A stretch of DNA of 22,794 nt from a candidate division WOR-3 bacterium (GCA_965649215.1 CBFGJZ010000026.1:1-22794); one strand, 5' to 3'; counted from the stretch's first letter, positions 8,130 through 17,762 are shown. Numbers and translations: made by a program. The notes: a model not told the origin generated them from the sequence alone.

Positions 8130-9848
8130 CTATTCAATGGCTTGTTTTGTGCATAATTCAGCACACATTCCACAACCAACGCAAAAGGTTCTGTTGATAA
8201 AACTTTTATTGTCTTGAAAAGTTATCGCCGGACAGCCAAGAGAGAGACATACCTTACATCCAATACATTTTTCAGGGTTGACTTTTTTTGCAGCTTTACG
8301 CGGTGCGAGTAACGCACAAGTTTGTTTTGACACAATTACTGCAGGATTGGGATCGGCAAGGATCTGCCGAAACAATGAACGATTCTCTTTGATTCGATAA
8401 GGGTCGATGACATAGATTTTGTCAATACCACAAGCTTTGGCAACTTCCTCGGTTTTTAACATTTTTGTGTCTTCACCCATTAAAGTTTTTCCTGTGCCTG
8501 GGTGGTCTTGATGTCCAGTCATACCGGTAGTGCGATTATCAACAATAATTGTAATCTGATTACCTTTGTTATAAGCAGCGTTAACTAATCCTGTTAAACC
8601 CATATGAAAAAAAGTTGAATCACCAATTATTGAAACGACTCGTTTATTGCTCTTCAATGCTTTTTCAATTCCATGGGCTAAAGTTATAGATGCTCCCATA
8701 CAAACACATGTATCCATTGCGTTATGGGGTGGATAAGTTCCTAAAGTATAACATCCAATATCACCCGTAATTATTACATCTTTTCTCTGTAACAAATAGA
8801 ACAGACCAGCATGGGGACAACCAGGACATAAAGCAGGTGGCCGAGGTGGTAGATCTGGTTGGGGATTAAAGTTAATTACTTGTTTTGTTAAAGTGTTACG
8901 AATAATGCGGGGATTTAGTTCATCAAACAATGGTAATTTTTCTTTACCAATAACTTTAATGCCCAGTGATTTAATTAAGGTTTCTAAAAACGGGTCAACT
9001 TCTTCAATCACGTAGAGTTGTTTTTTACCCTGAGCAAATTTTTTAATTAATTCATCTGCCAGTGGCCAAACCATTCCTAATTTTAGGAAGGATGCTTTGG
9101 GAAATACTTCTCGGGCATATTGATAAGCAACGCCGTCGGCGATTATACCGATAGATTTTGTGCCTTCGAATATCTGATTGATGGGGGTATGATTAGCGTA
9201 TTCTTTGAGTTTTTTCATTCGTTCTTCTAATGAAATATGGCGTAATTTTGCAAACTGGGGTAGAAGATTAGCTTTGGTGATGTCTTTAAGATAACCCTTG
9301 TCATTAACATTTATTCGTTCATTTAATTCTACGATCGTTTTAGAATGAGCAATCCGAGTTGTAATGCGTAAGATAACAGGTACATCGTATTGTTCTGAAA
9401 TTTCAAAGGCGAGTTTTGTAAAGTCTTTTGCTTCTTGACTATCTGAAGGAGTTAACACAGGGATTTTAGCGAACATCCCATAATAACGGTTATCTTGCTC
9501 ATTTTGTGAGGAATGAAGACCTGGATCATCAGCAGTAATAATTACCATTCCACCCCTCACACCTATATAAGCAGATGAAAAGAGTGGGTCAGCTGCAACA
9601 TTTAAGCCCACATGTTTCATTGCACAAAGGGAACGTACCCCAGCTAAAGCTGCACCCAGCGCAACTTCTAAAGCAACTTTTTCATTGGTTGACCACTCGC
9701 AATAAATATCTTGATAATTAACCAGATTTTCTAAAATCTGAGTAGAAGGTGTACCTGGATATGCTGCGGCAACTTTACAGCCAGCTTCCCATGCACCCCG
9801 AGCAATTGCTTCATCACCGGAAAGTAATTTTTTATTACTTGTTATCAT
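8130..9848 (-). CDS. iorA: Indolepyruvate:ferredoxin oxidoreductase alpha subunit
   Basis: GDEAIARGA, YPGTPS, NEKVALE, MKHVGLNVAADP, SSQNEQDNR, RPPALCPGCPH, GDIGCY, TPP-binding GDSTFFH..DNRTTGMTGHQ, and C-terminal 2x[4Fe-4S] motifs. SD AAGGAG. Confidence 0.95.
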   Translation of the reverse strand: MITSNKKLLSGDEAIARGAWEAGCKVAAAYPGTPSTQILENLVNYQDIYCEWSTNEKVALEVALGAALAGVRSLCAMKHVGLNVAADPLFSSAYIGVRGGMVIITADDPGLHSSQNEQDNRYYGMFAKIPVLTPSDSQEAKDFTKLAFEISEQYDVPVILRITTRIAHSKTIVELNERINVNDKGYLKDITKANLLPQFAKLRHISLEERMKKLKEYANHTPINQIFEGTKSIGIIADGVAYQYAREVFPKASFLKLGMVWPLADELIKKFAQGKKQLYVIEEVDPFLETLIKSLGIKVIGKEKLPLFDELNPRIIRNTLTKQVINFNPQPDLPPRPPALCPGCPHAGLFYLLQRKDVIITGDIGCYTLGTYPPHNAMDTCVCMGASITLAHGIEKALKSNKRVVSIIGDSTFFHMGLTGLVNAAYNKGNQITIIVDNRTTGMTGHQDHPGTGKTLMGEDTKMLKTEEVAKACGIDKIYVIDPYRIKENRSLFRQILADPNPAVIVSKQTCALLAPRKAAKKVNPEKCIGCKVCLSLGCPAITFQDNKSFINRTFCVGCGMCAELCTKQAIE

Positions 9849-9891
9849 TTACTACTCCTTTTGATAAAATATCGATAATATTGAACATAAC

Positions 9892-9930
9892 ATGTAGGAA
9901 AGAAAGTTATAACTTGCTTATTCCTAACAT
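9892..9930. repeat. Imperfect inverted repeat centred on the perfect 12-bp palindrome AAGTTATAACTT (9904-9915)
   Basis: Outer arms TAGGAA (9895-9900) and TTCCTA (9921-9926), plus ATG/CAT ends, between buk and iorA. Confidence 0.55.
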
Positions 9931-9942
9931 ATTTTTGCATAG

Positions 9943-11088
9943 TTAATATTTTTTTACTTTTTCTAATTTAAACAATACTCGCACTACACCCATGGCCAAG
10001 GCAGTCATTTCTTCTTGTTCAGCAATAACTATAATCGGTTTTTTAATAAATTTTAACCAATTTTTTAAGGTTCTTATTAATTTTTTCTGTTTTGCCATTC
10101 CACCACTAATTATAATTGCATCAATTTTGCCTTTTAAGGTTACGAGCATCGCACCGATTTCTTTAGCAATTTGATAGATCATTGTTTGATAGACAAGATT
10201 AGCAAAGCGATCGCCTTTTTTTATTTTGTGTTCAATCTTAGGAATATTATCGGTTTTGAGATATGATAATAAGCCGCCGTACCGTTGTATTTTATCAAGT
10301 ATCTCTTGTTTTGTATAGTTACCACTATAACACATTTCAATTATTCCCTGTAATGGCAAGGAACCACTGCGCTGGCTTGAAAATGGTCCTTCTTCATTGG
10401 CATTATTGGCGTCGATTTGTTTACCTTTCCTTTTTGCTGCAATGGTTATACCACTACCAAGATGAGCAACAATAAAATTACATTGATTGAGTGGTTTACC
10501 TAATTTGTTGGCAACTTTACGAGCAACGGCATTGATATTGAGATAATGGGAAAGAGACTTCCGGGGAATTTCCGCAAGACCTGATAAACGAGCGAGAGGG
10601 AAAAATTCGTCAACTGATTCAGGATCAACGAAATAAGCAGGCACTTTGTGTTCTTGAGATAATTGATAAGCAATTATCGGTCCCAATAAAGATGGATGGA
10701 GACTTTGATAATTACCATTTTTTAAATCTGATATAACTTGGGAAGTAATCTGATAGGTGCCGCTTGTTAGTGGTTTTAATGGTCCGCCCCGAGTTGCAAT
10801 TGCATCAAAATGATATTTTTGAATTGTTCGCATAATTTTCTTTTTACGATAGGACAATTGGTCAAAAATAGTTTTAAACTTTTTTAATTCATCGTAAGGA
10901 TGAGCAATTGTACAATTTAAAATTGGTATTAGACGGATGGAGTTCATCTTTTGATATTGAAATTTTTTTACGTCGGTTTGAAAAATTGCAATTTTGGTTG
11001 AAGAACCGCCAGGATTTATCACCAGAATATTTTTCTTGGTTGATATGCCTTCAATCATATTTTTTAGTTTACTAGATTTTATATTCAT
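9943..11088 (-). CDS. buk: Butyrate kinase family protein (divergent)
   Basis: ILVINPGGSSTKIA, RGGPLKP..SGTY, VDPESVDE, RKSLSHYLN, VAHLGSGI, EGPFS..RSG, YQIAKEIG, EEM.AL. Start uncertain (11094, 11088 or 11058). Confidence 0.88.
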   Translation of the reverse strand: MNIKSSKLKNMIEGISTKKNILVINPGGSSTKIAIFQTDVKKFQYQKMNSIRLIPILNCTIAHPYDELKKFKTIFDQLSYRKKKIMRTIQKYHFDAIATRGGPLKPLTSGTYQITSQVISDLKNGNYQSLHPSLLGPIIAYQLSQEHKVPAYFVDPESVDEFFPLARLSGLAEIPRKSLSHYLNINAVARKVANKLGKPLNQCNFIVAHLGSGITIAAKRKGKQIDANNANEEGPFSSQRSGSLPLQGIIEMCYSGNYTKQEILDKIQRYGGLLSYLKTDNIPKIEHKIKKGDRFANLVYQTMIYQIAKEIGAMLVTLKGKIDAIIISGGMAKQKKLIRTLKNWLKFIKKPIIVIAEQEEMTALAMGVVRVLFKLEKVKKY

Positions 11089-11149
11089 CGTCAAGAAATG
11101 AATAATATCCTGCGAATATGAATCTGAAATATTTTTTATATATTGATTT

Positions 11150-14100
11150 TTATGAGTTTACTCTGAAATGACGGATTATTTTTATTTGTTTGGGATTATG
11201 GATTAACATTAAGTCACTAATTAGTTGTTTACTGAGTTTTACACCTGGATCATTTTGGGTATATATAATAGGTTTTTGATTTGGGATTATTACTTTGAAA
11301 TAGACAGTTGCTGGTCCTGGGTATTTTTCTAAAATTGCTTTGATGGAATTGATAATTGCAGGTTGAAAGGAATCTTTAGGGAAAGCAAGGACGAGTCCGT
11401 CAAAATAATCTGGCCATTGAGTAAAAGGGATAATGGCGCGAGCCTCGATTTGAGTTTTACTATCATCTCGATTGCTATATTTGCCTTCAACAAGCACAAC
11501 TGCATCGGGTTTTAAGTATTCACGACTTTGACTGTATGTTTCGTTAAAAGCAATTATTTCAATTTTACCCGTAAAGTCTTCAAGTTTAAAAATAGCGTAA
11601 TCTTGACCTTTACGGTCCTTTTTGATTACCCGACTATTAACGACACCGGCTAAAAGCAACGGATTATTTTTATCATAAGTGTTTTTAGGAGTTTCTCTTA
11701 TCTTATCTAATTGGGCTAAGCTGACAATGTGTAAAGTTTGATATTCTAATGCATAATTATCTAAAGGATGACATGAAAAATAAAATCCAAAAGCTTCTTT
11801 TTCATAATTTAGCAGGTCTTGTCCATCACATTTGGTTTGCTGGGATAAATTTTGATTTTGGTAAGTTAAATCTTGGTTTTGTTCGAGAAGTTGGTTATCA
11901 AAGAGGGTGTTTTGACGTTCTAAATATTGAAGGCGTTCGGATGATATTTTTTCCAATTCTTGGTCTAAAATTGACAATAAATGAGTGCGGTTTTTATTTA
12001 ACGAATCAAGTGCACCAGCTTTTATTAGAAACTCGTAAGCTTTACGATTGGCAAAGTGGCGTGTGCGTTTTAAAAAATCTTGGAATGACTGATAAGGCTT
12101 TTTCACTCGTTCTTGGACAATCGCCTGACAGACTTTTTCGCCCAGGTTTTTAATACCACCTAATCCATAGCGGATTTTATTCTCTTCAATTCGAAAAGCA
12201 TAATCACTATAATTAACATCAGGTGGTAAAACGGTGATCTTATTCTTTTTTAGGTCTTTGATAAGAATATCTAATTTATCCGAATTATTAATTTCGTTAG
12301 TCAACAGAGCAGTCATAAATTGTAAGGGGTAATTGGCTTTGAGATAAGCAGTTAAATAAGAGAGATGAGCGTAGCCGATCGAATGTGATTTATTAAAACC
12401 ATAGCCTGCAAAAGGAGCAATCTTGTCAAAAATTTCTTCGGCTTTTTCTTTTGAGAAATTATTTTTAACTGCTCCTTCAATAAAAGTTTCACGCATTGCT
12501 TCCATCTCAGCTGCTATTTTTTTGCCCATTGCCTTACGCAAGCGGTCATATTGAGTTGGGGTGAAGCCAGCAATCTTTTCTGCAATCTGCATTACTTGTT
12601 CTTGATAGACAATAATTCCATAAGTTTCTTTTAAGATTGGTTTTGTTGATTCATGAATATATTCAATCTTGGCATTGCCCAGTTTACGATTAATATATGC
12701 ATCAATATGTGCCATTGGTCCAGGTCGATACAACGCAATAACTGCACATAAATCATCAATTTTTTCAGGTTTAGATCGACGGAGAATATCTCGCATGCCT
12801 TCGCTTTCGATTTGGAATAAACCAGTAGTATCAGCTCGTTGTAATAATTGATACGTCTTTTTATCATCAAATGGAATTTGAGATTTTTTAATTTCAATAC
12901 CTTGTTCTGAACATATTTTTAAGGTGTCTTCAATAACAGAGAGGGTGCGTAGTCCTAAAATATCCATCTTTAATAAACCAACGCTCGCTAAAGCATCCAT
13001 ATCATATTGGCTGCAAAACTCATTCTCAGCAGTCCGATATAAGGGTACAAATTCGATTAACGGTTGTGGCGCAATTACCACTCCTGATGCATGAATTGAA
13101 GCATGCCGTGCTAATCCTTCGAGTTTCAAAGCAATTTGAATAAGTTCTTGATATTGTTCTGAACTTTCAATTAAATCACGTAGTTCTTTGCTTTCTTTGA
13201 TTGCCGTGTTAATTTCCATACCAAAAGGGATCAGTTTGGCAAGGCGGTCAACTTGATTGTAAGGAATATCTAAAACCCGACCAACATCTCTAACTACAGC
13301 ACGCGATTTCATCGTACCAAAAGTAATAATCTGCGCAACCGAATCTTCACCGTATTTCTTTTTAATATAATCGATAACTTCGCTACGGCGGTTGTCAGCA
13401 AAATCAACATCGATATCAGGTAATGTTATACGATCAGGATTTAAAAACCGCTCAAAAAGCAGACCATATTTTAGTGGATCAATATCAGTAATACCTAATG
13501 TATATAAAACTAGACTCGACACAGCAGATCCACGTCCAGGTCCAATGGGGATTGATTTCGAGTGAGCAAAATCAATAATATCTTTAACAATTAAAAAATA
13601 ACCAGCAAAACCCATTCGGGCAATAATTTTCAATTCATAATTTAAGCGATTTTCAATTTCGGGATTAATTTTATGATAACGTTCTCTTAAACCTTGGCGG
13701 GTTAAATAACAAAGATACTCAAACTCATTTTGCCCGACAGTTTTAGTTTCATTGTTGTCATTTTCAGTTGTTTTCGTTGGTACGGGAAAAGCAGGTAAAA
13801 AGAATTTTTTGCCATCAACATCTAATAATAAATGGCAGCGATCTGCAATTTCAATGGTATTATCAATTGCTTGTGGAATATCCGCAAAAAGTTGTTTCAT
13901 TGCTTGGGGTGATTTAAAATAAATTTCTTTACTTTCAAATTTCAACCTTTTATGTTCATTAATTTTTTTACCTGTTTGCAAACAAATCATTACATCATGT
14001 GCTTTATCATCATTCGCAGTAAGATAATGGCAATCATTTGTTGCAACTACTTTGACTCCCATTTCCGAAGCTAAACGCATTAATAATTGTGCAGACTTTT

Positions 14101-14659
14101 CTGTTTCGGGCATCCCTAAACGTGTTATTTCAAGATAAAAATTATCTTTGGAAAATATATCTTGATAAGTAGCTAATGCTTCTTGAGCAGATTCAAAGTC
14201 ATCTTGCAGAAGATATTGATTTATTTCACCTTTTAAGCAACCCGATAGTGCAATTAAACCATCAGAATATTCAGCTAACCAATCTTTGTAGAGACGAGGA
14301 CGATAATAAAAACCTTGTTTGTAACCCAATGAAATCAGCTTAATCAAATTTTTATAACCTGTTTTGTTTTCACATAAAAGCGTAAGATGAAAGGTGGTTT
14401 CAGCTACTGAGCGATTGACTTGTTGACCTTGATAAGTTCCTGGTATCACATAAACTTCAGCTCCGATAATCGGTTTGATCCCGTATTTAAGAGCAGATTT
14501 GTAAAACTCAATTGTACCAAACATATTGCCATGGTCAGTAATTGCCACTGCAGGCATAGAAAAATTAACCGCGGCTTGCATTAACTTCTCGATGGGACAA
14601 GCGCCATCTAGGAGACTATAATCTGTGTGATTGTGCAAATGAACAAAATCTGATTTCAT
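11150..14659 (-). CDS. dnaE: DNA polymerase III subunit alpha
   Basis: PHP domain (HLHNHTDYSLLDG, TDHG, TNDCHY), GPGRGS, LLFERFLNPDR..PDIDVDF, KMDILGL, ALYRPGP, YGFNKSH and OB fold. No intein-sized insertion seen. Confidence 0.98.
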   Translation of the reverse strand: MKSDFVHLHNHTDYSLLDGACPIEKLMQAAVNFSMPAVAITDHGNMFGTIEFYKSALKYGIKPIIGAEVYVIPGTYQGQQVNRSVAETTFHLTLLCENKTGYKNLIKLISLGYKQGFYYRPRLYKDWLAEYSDGLIALSGCLKGEINQYLLQDDFESAQEALATYQDIFSKDNFYLEITRLGMPETEKSAQLLMRLASEMGVKVVATNDCHYLTANDDKAHDVMICLQTGKKINEHKRLKFESKEIYFKSPQAMKQLFADIPQAIDNTIEIADRCHLLLDVDGKKFFLPAFPVPTKTTENDNNETKTVGQNEFEYLCYLTRQGLRERYHKINPEIENRLNYELKIIARMGFAGYFLIVKDIIDFAHSKSIPIGPGRGSAVSSLVLYTLGITDIDPLKYGLLFERFLNPDRITLPDIDVDFADNRRSEVIDYIKKKYGEDSVAQIITFGTMKSRAVVRDVGRVLDIPYNQVDRLAKLIPFGMEINTAIKESKELRDLIESSEQYQELIQIALKLEGLARHASIHASGVVIAPQPLIEFVPLYRTAENEFCSQYDMDALASVGLLKMDILGLRTLSVIEDTLKICSEQGIEIKKSQIPFDDKKTYQLLQRADTTGLFQIESEGMRDILRRSKPEKIDDLCAVIALYRPGPMAHIDAYINRKLGNAKIEYIHESTKPILKETYGIIVYQEQVMQIAEKIAGFTPTQYDRLRKAMGKKIAAEMEAMRETFIEGAVKNNFSKEKAEEIFDKIAPFAGYGFNKSHSIGYAHLSYLTAYLKANYPLQFMTALLTNEINNSDKLDILIKDLKKNKITVLPPDVNYSDYAFRIEENKIRYGLGGIKNLGEKVCQAIVQERVKKPYQSFQDFLKRTRHFANRKAYEFLIKAGALDSLNKNRTHLLSILDQELEKISSERLQYLERQNTLFDNQLLEQNQDLTYQNQNLSQQTKCDGQDLLNYEKEAFGFYFSCHPLDNYALEYQTLHIVSLAQLDKIRETPKNTYDKNNPLLLAGVVNSRVIKKDRKGQDYAIFKLEDFTGKIEIIAFNETYSQSREYLKPDAVVLVEGKYSNRDDSKTQIEARAIIPFTQWPDYFDGLVLAFPKDSFQPAIINSIKAILEKYPGPATVYFKVIIPNQKPIIYTQNDPGVKLSKQLISDLMLIHNPKQIKIIRHFRVNS

Positions 14660-14711
14660 GTTATTTTTAGACTCAATTTGTTATAATATTTTATAGTAGT
14701 TGTTATTTTTT

Positions 14712-15284
14712 TCATGGTTTGTATTCAAATTCAAGATGAACAACAAGACTGTCTAAGTGAGCAAATTCACCTGCCAATGGGGGTAAAGTTTTTGTTACAA
14801 TAACAGCTCGTTCAGCAGAAACGTCAAAAAGTTCATTACCCGATGACTTTTCGATTTTTGTGGATGTTATCGTACCATCTTTTTTAATAACAAAAAAAAT
14901 TGTTGTGGATAATTTTAAACCAGCTCCTTGATACGGATTAACCCAATTGCTACCAATTTTGACAAGAATCGCTTCAATATAATATGAATATTTACCACCT
15001 TCGCTTGATAGTTTCAATCCTAAATCAGATGATTGTTTCACTACTGGTTTCTTTTCAACAGCTGATTTCGGTTTTGTCGTTACTTTGGATTTGGGTTTTG
15101 GTTCAGAAATAACTGCTAAATTGGGGGTGTGGTCTTTCCCTTCCAAACTACTTTGCAAATTTACCAGCGATACTTGAAAGATTTCTAAAGGAAGTTTGCC
15201 TTTGGTGGCTGGTTTGGGATAGACAATTAATACGATTAATAAAATGAGATGACCTAACGTTGAATAGACAAGTTCTTTTTTCAT
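14712..15284 (-). CDS. TolA/TonB-family energy transducer (short)
   Basis: N-terminal TM with SxxxH (STLGH), Lys/Pro-rich linker, and C-terminal domain with W.NP...FVIKKDG.I...SSGN..FD.SA.RAV. Lies downstream of tolQ/tolR-like genes. Confidence 0.8.
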   Translation of the reverse strand: MKKELVYSTLGHLILLIVLIVYPKPATKGKLPLEIFQVSLVNLQSSLEGKDHTPNLAVISEPKPKSKVTTKPKSAVEKKPVVKQSSDLGLKLSSEGGKYSYYIEAILVKIGSNWVNPYQGAGLKLSTTIFFVIKKDGTITSTKIEKSSGNELFDVSAERAVIVTKTLPPLAGEFAHLDSLVVHLEFEYKP

Positions 15285-15319
15285 AATATAATTGTATTCG
15301 TTGTTGCGACCGAATTATT

Positions 15320-15757
15320 TTATCTTTGCGTTTTTTTTACTACTTCGGGATTTGCAACTAATCCAATCTGTTCAATACCTAGTTCACGAATTTTACTGAT
15401 TATAGTAATAACCAACCCATAGTTTATATCGGTATCGGCAATAAGATAGACGTGCGATGTCGCCTTGCGAGATAACGCGTTTGTTAATTGTTGTGAAAAT
15501 TGGTTTAAGTTTACTTCATTCTCTTCTATATAGATTTTACCTTTTTTGTCAATTGACACTGATACACCATCTTGACGATGCGGAATTGCAACTGTGCTTT
15601 TCGGAACTTCGATCGGTAAACTAGCACGACTTAAAGCAACCGAAATGCCAGCAATGAGAAAGATTATCATCAGATTAATAGCAACATCTGCCAAAGAGGT
15701 GATATTCATTTCGAATATAAATTGAAATCGTGAGCGATTTTTTTTTGCGTTCAGCAT
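15320..15757 (-). CDS. tolR: TolR/ExbD family biopolymer transporter
   Basis: MNITSLADV TM segment with the conserved Asp, and C-terminal ADTDINYG...G...IGL. Confidence 0.88.
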   Translation of the reverse strand: MLNAKKNRSRFQFIFEMNITSLADVAINLMIIFLIAGISVALSRASLPIEVPKSTVAIPHRQDGVSVSIDKKGKIYIEENEVNLNQFSQQLTNALSRKATSHVYLIADTDINYGLVITIISKIRELGIEQIGLVANPEVVKKTQR

Positions 15758-15784
15758 AAACTATGTTTTAAAGAGATATAATTT

Positions 15785-16504
15785 TTATTCTTCAACGATT
15801 TTTTTTCGGATATCACCAATTATTTCTAACGACCAACGGTCAATTTCATCCGAAATATTTTTTATTTTACCAATAAAATAATTATAAGCAATTACTGCGG
15901 GAATAGCAACCAGAAGACCAACTACAGTGGTTACTAGCGCATCGGAAATGCCTGGTGCAATTACTTGTAAAGTAACAACAGGAATATGGCGTACTGACAG
16001 AAATGCGGACAAGATACCCCATACTGTGCCAAGTAATCCTAAAAATGGCGAAACACTGCCTGTTGTTGCTAGAAAACTTACATTTTGTTCCATCTTTTCT
16101 AATTCTTGTGAGGCAGTGCGTTGTAGTGTTTCACTGATGTTAGGAAGAAGTTGTAGTAATTTATGAGTTTTTTCATCTGAATTTAATTGAGAATTGGCTT
16201 TATTTTCGATGTTTAGTTTTTGCCATTCATTTAGAGCAACAATTATTAATTTAGAAAGGAGATTTTTAGGGTATTCGTTTGCCATATTAGCAAATTCAAA
16301 TATTGACCTACGTTCTTGGAAATACCGATACAGAAAATCATTGCTTTTTTTAATTTTTTTGAAAAGAAAGTATTTTTTTATAATTATAGCCCAACTGATA
16401 ATAGAAAAAATTATTAAGGTTAATATTATTATTTTAGCAAAAAAACCAAGACCCCAAAGAATGGCAATGATCGATGTATTGTTTACGAGTGGGTAAGTTG
16501 TCAT
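15785..16504 (-). CDS. tolQ: TolQ/ExbB (MotA/TolQ/ExbB) proton channel protein
   Basis: SIISWAII, LATTGSVSPFLGLLGTVWGI, APGISDALVTT..GL.VAIPA..AYN. Confidence 0.92.
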   Translation of the reverse strand: MTTYPLVNNTSIIAILWGLGFFAKIIILTLIIFSIISWAIIIKKYFLFKKIKKSNDFLYRYFQERRSIFEFANMANEYPKNLLSKLIIVALNEWQKLNIENKANSQLNSDEKTHKLLQLLPNISETLQRTASQELEKMEQNVSFLATTGSVSPFLGLLGTVWGILSAFLSVRHIPVVTLQVIAPGISDALVTTVVGLLVAIPAVIAYNYFIGKIKNISDEIDRWSLEIIGDIRKKIVEE

Positions 16505-16512
16505 TTTAAAAT

Positions 16513-17259
16513 TTAGGGGAGGGCTTGATAACGAGTACGGGCTAATTTTGCTTCATTGGTTTGAGGAAATTGGTTCATTACCCGCTGATAATATTGTTTG
16601 GCTTTGGGAATTTCATTGTTGGCTTCATAAGCAAGGCCTATTTTATATAAAGCGGATACGACTTTATTACCATTAGGGTAATTGGTTATGACTTTTTCAA
16701 ATTCTAAAATTGCATCGGAATATAGTTTTTGTGAATAGTAACATTCACCAATCCAATATTGCGCATTATCTGATAGTTCTGTATCAGGAAAAAGCTTGAG
16801 ATAGCGTTGAAAACCTGCAATTGCAACATCATAATTGCCTTGGGTATAATCCAGATATGCTGTATTATATAAGTTGTCGGGCTCAATTGATTCGCTTTGA
16901 GTTGTTATTGATGTTTTTAAAGTATCTGGACTAATTCGTTCGTTTCGAGTTATGCCTAAACGTTGATATAGACGTTGTAGATTTTCTTGTTGGTCATCTA
17001 ATTTAGCTGAGAGTTGATTAATTTCGTTTTGTAATCTTTCGATTTCAGTCAGAACATCAGCATTGGATTCGTTTAGAAGCTGGAGTTGCCGTCGATTTAA
17101 ACTATCAAGTTTATTTAAAGTTAGTTCAATTTCATCAATTTTAGTACCCCGGCGGACAAATTGCCAAAATGGTGTGCAATTAAATATGATTAATGCAGAT
17201 AGCAAAATGACGGGGAAACCGATCTTTTTGATATTTCTTTGTTTAGAATTTACAGTCAC
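16513..17259 (-). CDS. cpoB: Tol-Pal system protein CpoB/YbgF (coiled coil plus TPR), probable lipoprotein
   Basis: Hydrophobic leader ending LIIFNC, coiled coil, then LY..AY.DY..GNY..A...F..YL..FP...L.DNAQYWIGECYY...YP.GNK...ALYKIG. Directly downstream of pal. GTG start. Confidence 0.88.
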   Translation of the reverse strand: MTVNSKQRNIKKIGFPVILLSALIIFNCTPFWQFVRRGTKIDEIELTLNKLDSLNRRQLQLLNESNADVLTEIERLQNEINQLSAKLDDQQENLQRLYQRLGITRNERISPDTLKTSITTQSESIEPDNLYNTAYLDYTQGNYDVAIAGFQRYLKLFPDTELSDNAQYWIGECYYSQKLYSDAILEFEKVITNYPNGNKVVSALYKIGLAYEANNEIPKAKQYYQRVMNQFPQTNEAKLARTRYQALP

Positions 17260-17285
17260 TTGCTATCTGCATTAACAAAAAAGTA

Positions 17286-17762
17286 TTATTTCTGGATAAA
17301 TTCGCAGCGGCGATTTTTCCAATATTCGTCAGGATTGTTTGTCACTAATCGTTCTTCGCCATAACTAACAGTGCTAAGTCGAGCTTTGTCAATGCCAAGT
17401 TTAATCAGATAGTTTTGTGCGGAAGTTGCACGTCGCCAACCCAATGCCATATTGTATTCTGAAGTACCAAGCGGACAGCAATGTCCTTCGATGATAATAT
17501 TTACCTCAGGATTGTCTTTAAGTAAGTTAGCATTGCTTTTTAATACTTCAGCGTCAGCAGGTCGGATGTCAGACTTATCAAAATCAAAATAAATAGTTTG
17601 GAATTGGATTATTTTTTTAATTGGTTCTTCAATTTTTTCTTCAGGTGGGGTTGGCGGTGGTGGAATCGGTTCGGTTTTCACTGCTTTTTTAGGACAGCCG
17701 ACAATACTTACGAGAAGCAGGATTGATAGAAACATTGTTGTTACTTTAAAGGCTTTTGACAT
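17286..17762 (-). CDS. pal: Peptidoglycan-associated lipoprotein (OmpA-like C-terminal domain)
   Basis: SD AAGGGAGG before ATG 17762, lipobox IVG|C, Pro-rich linker, IYFDFDKS, EGH...GT.EYN.ALG.RRA, SYGEE, KNRR. Confidence 0.9.
   Translation of the reverse strand: MSKAFKVTTMFLSILLLVSIVGCPKKAVKTEPIPPPPTPPEEKIEEPIKKIIQFQTIYFDFDKSDIRPADAEVLKSNANLLKDNPEVNIIIEGHCCPLGTSEYNMALGWRRATSAQNYLIKLGIDKARLSTVSYGEERLVTNNPDEYWKNRRCEFIQK

Noticed and set aside
9880..9907. ATTGAACATAA, a 10/11 match to the XerD arm of dif
   Set aside because: The sequence at the XerC-arm position (GGAAAGAAAGT) has no match, so it is not a dif site.
11150..14659. Intein or split in dnaE
   Set aside because: Length (1169 aa) and motif spacing are normal, with no intein splice motifs or endonuclease insert seen.
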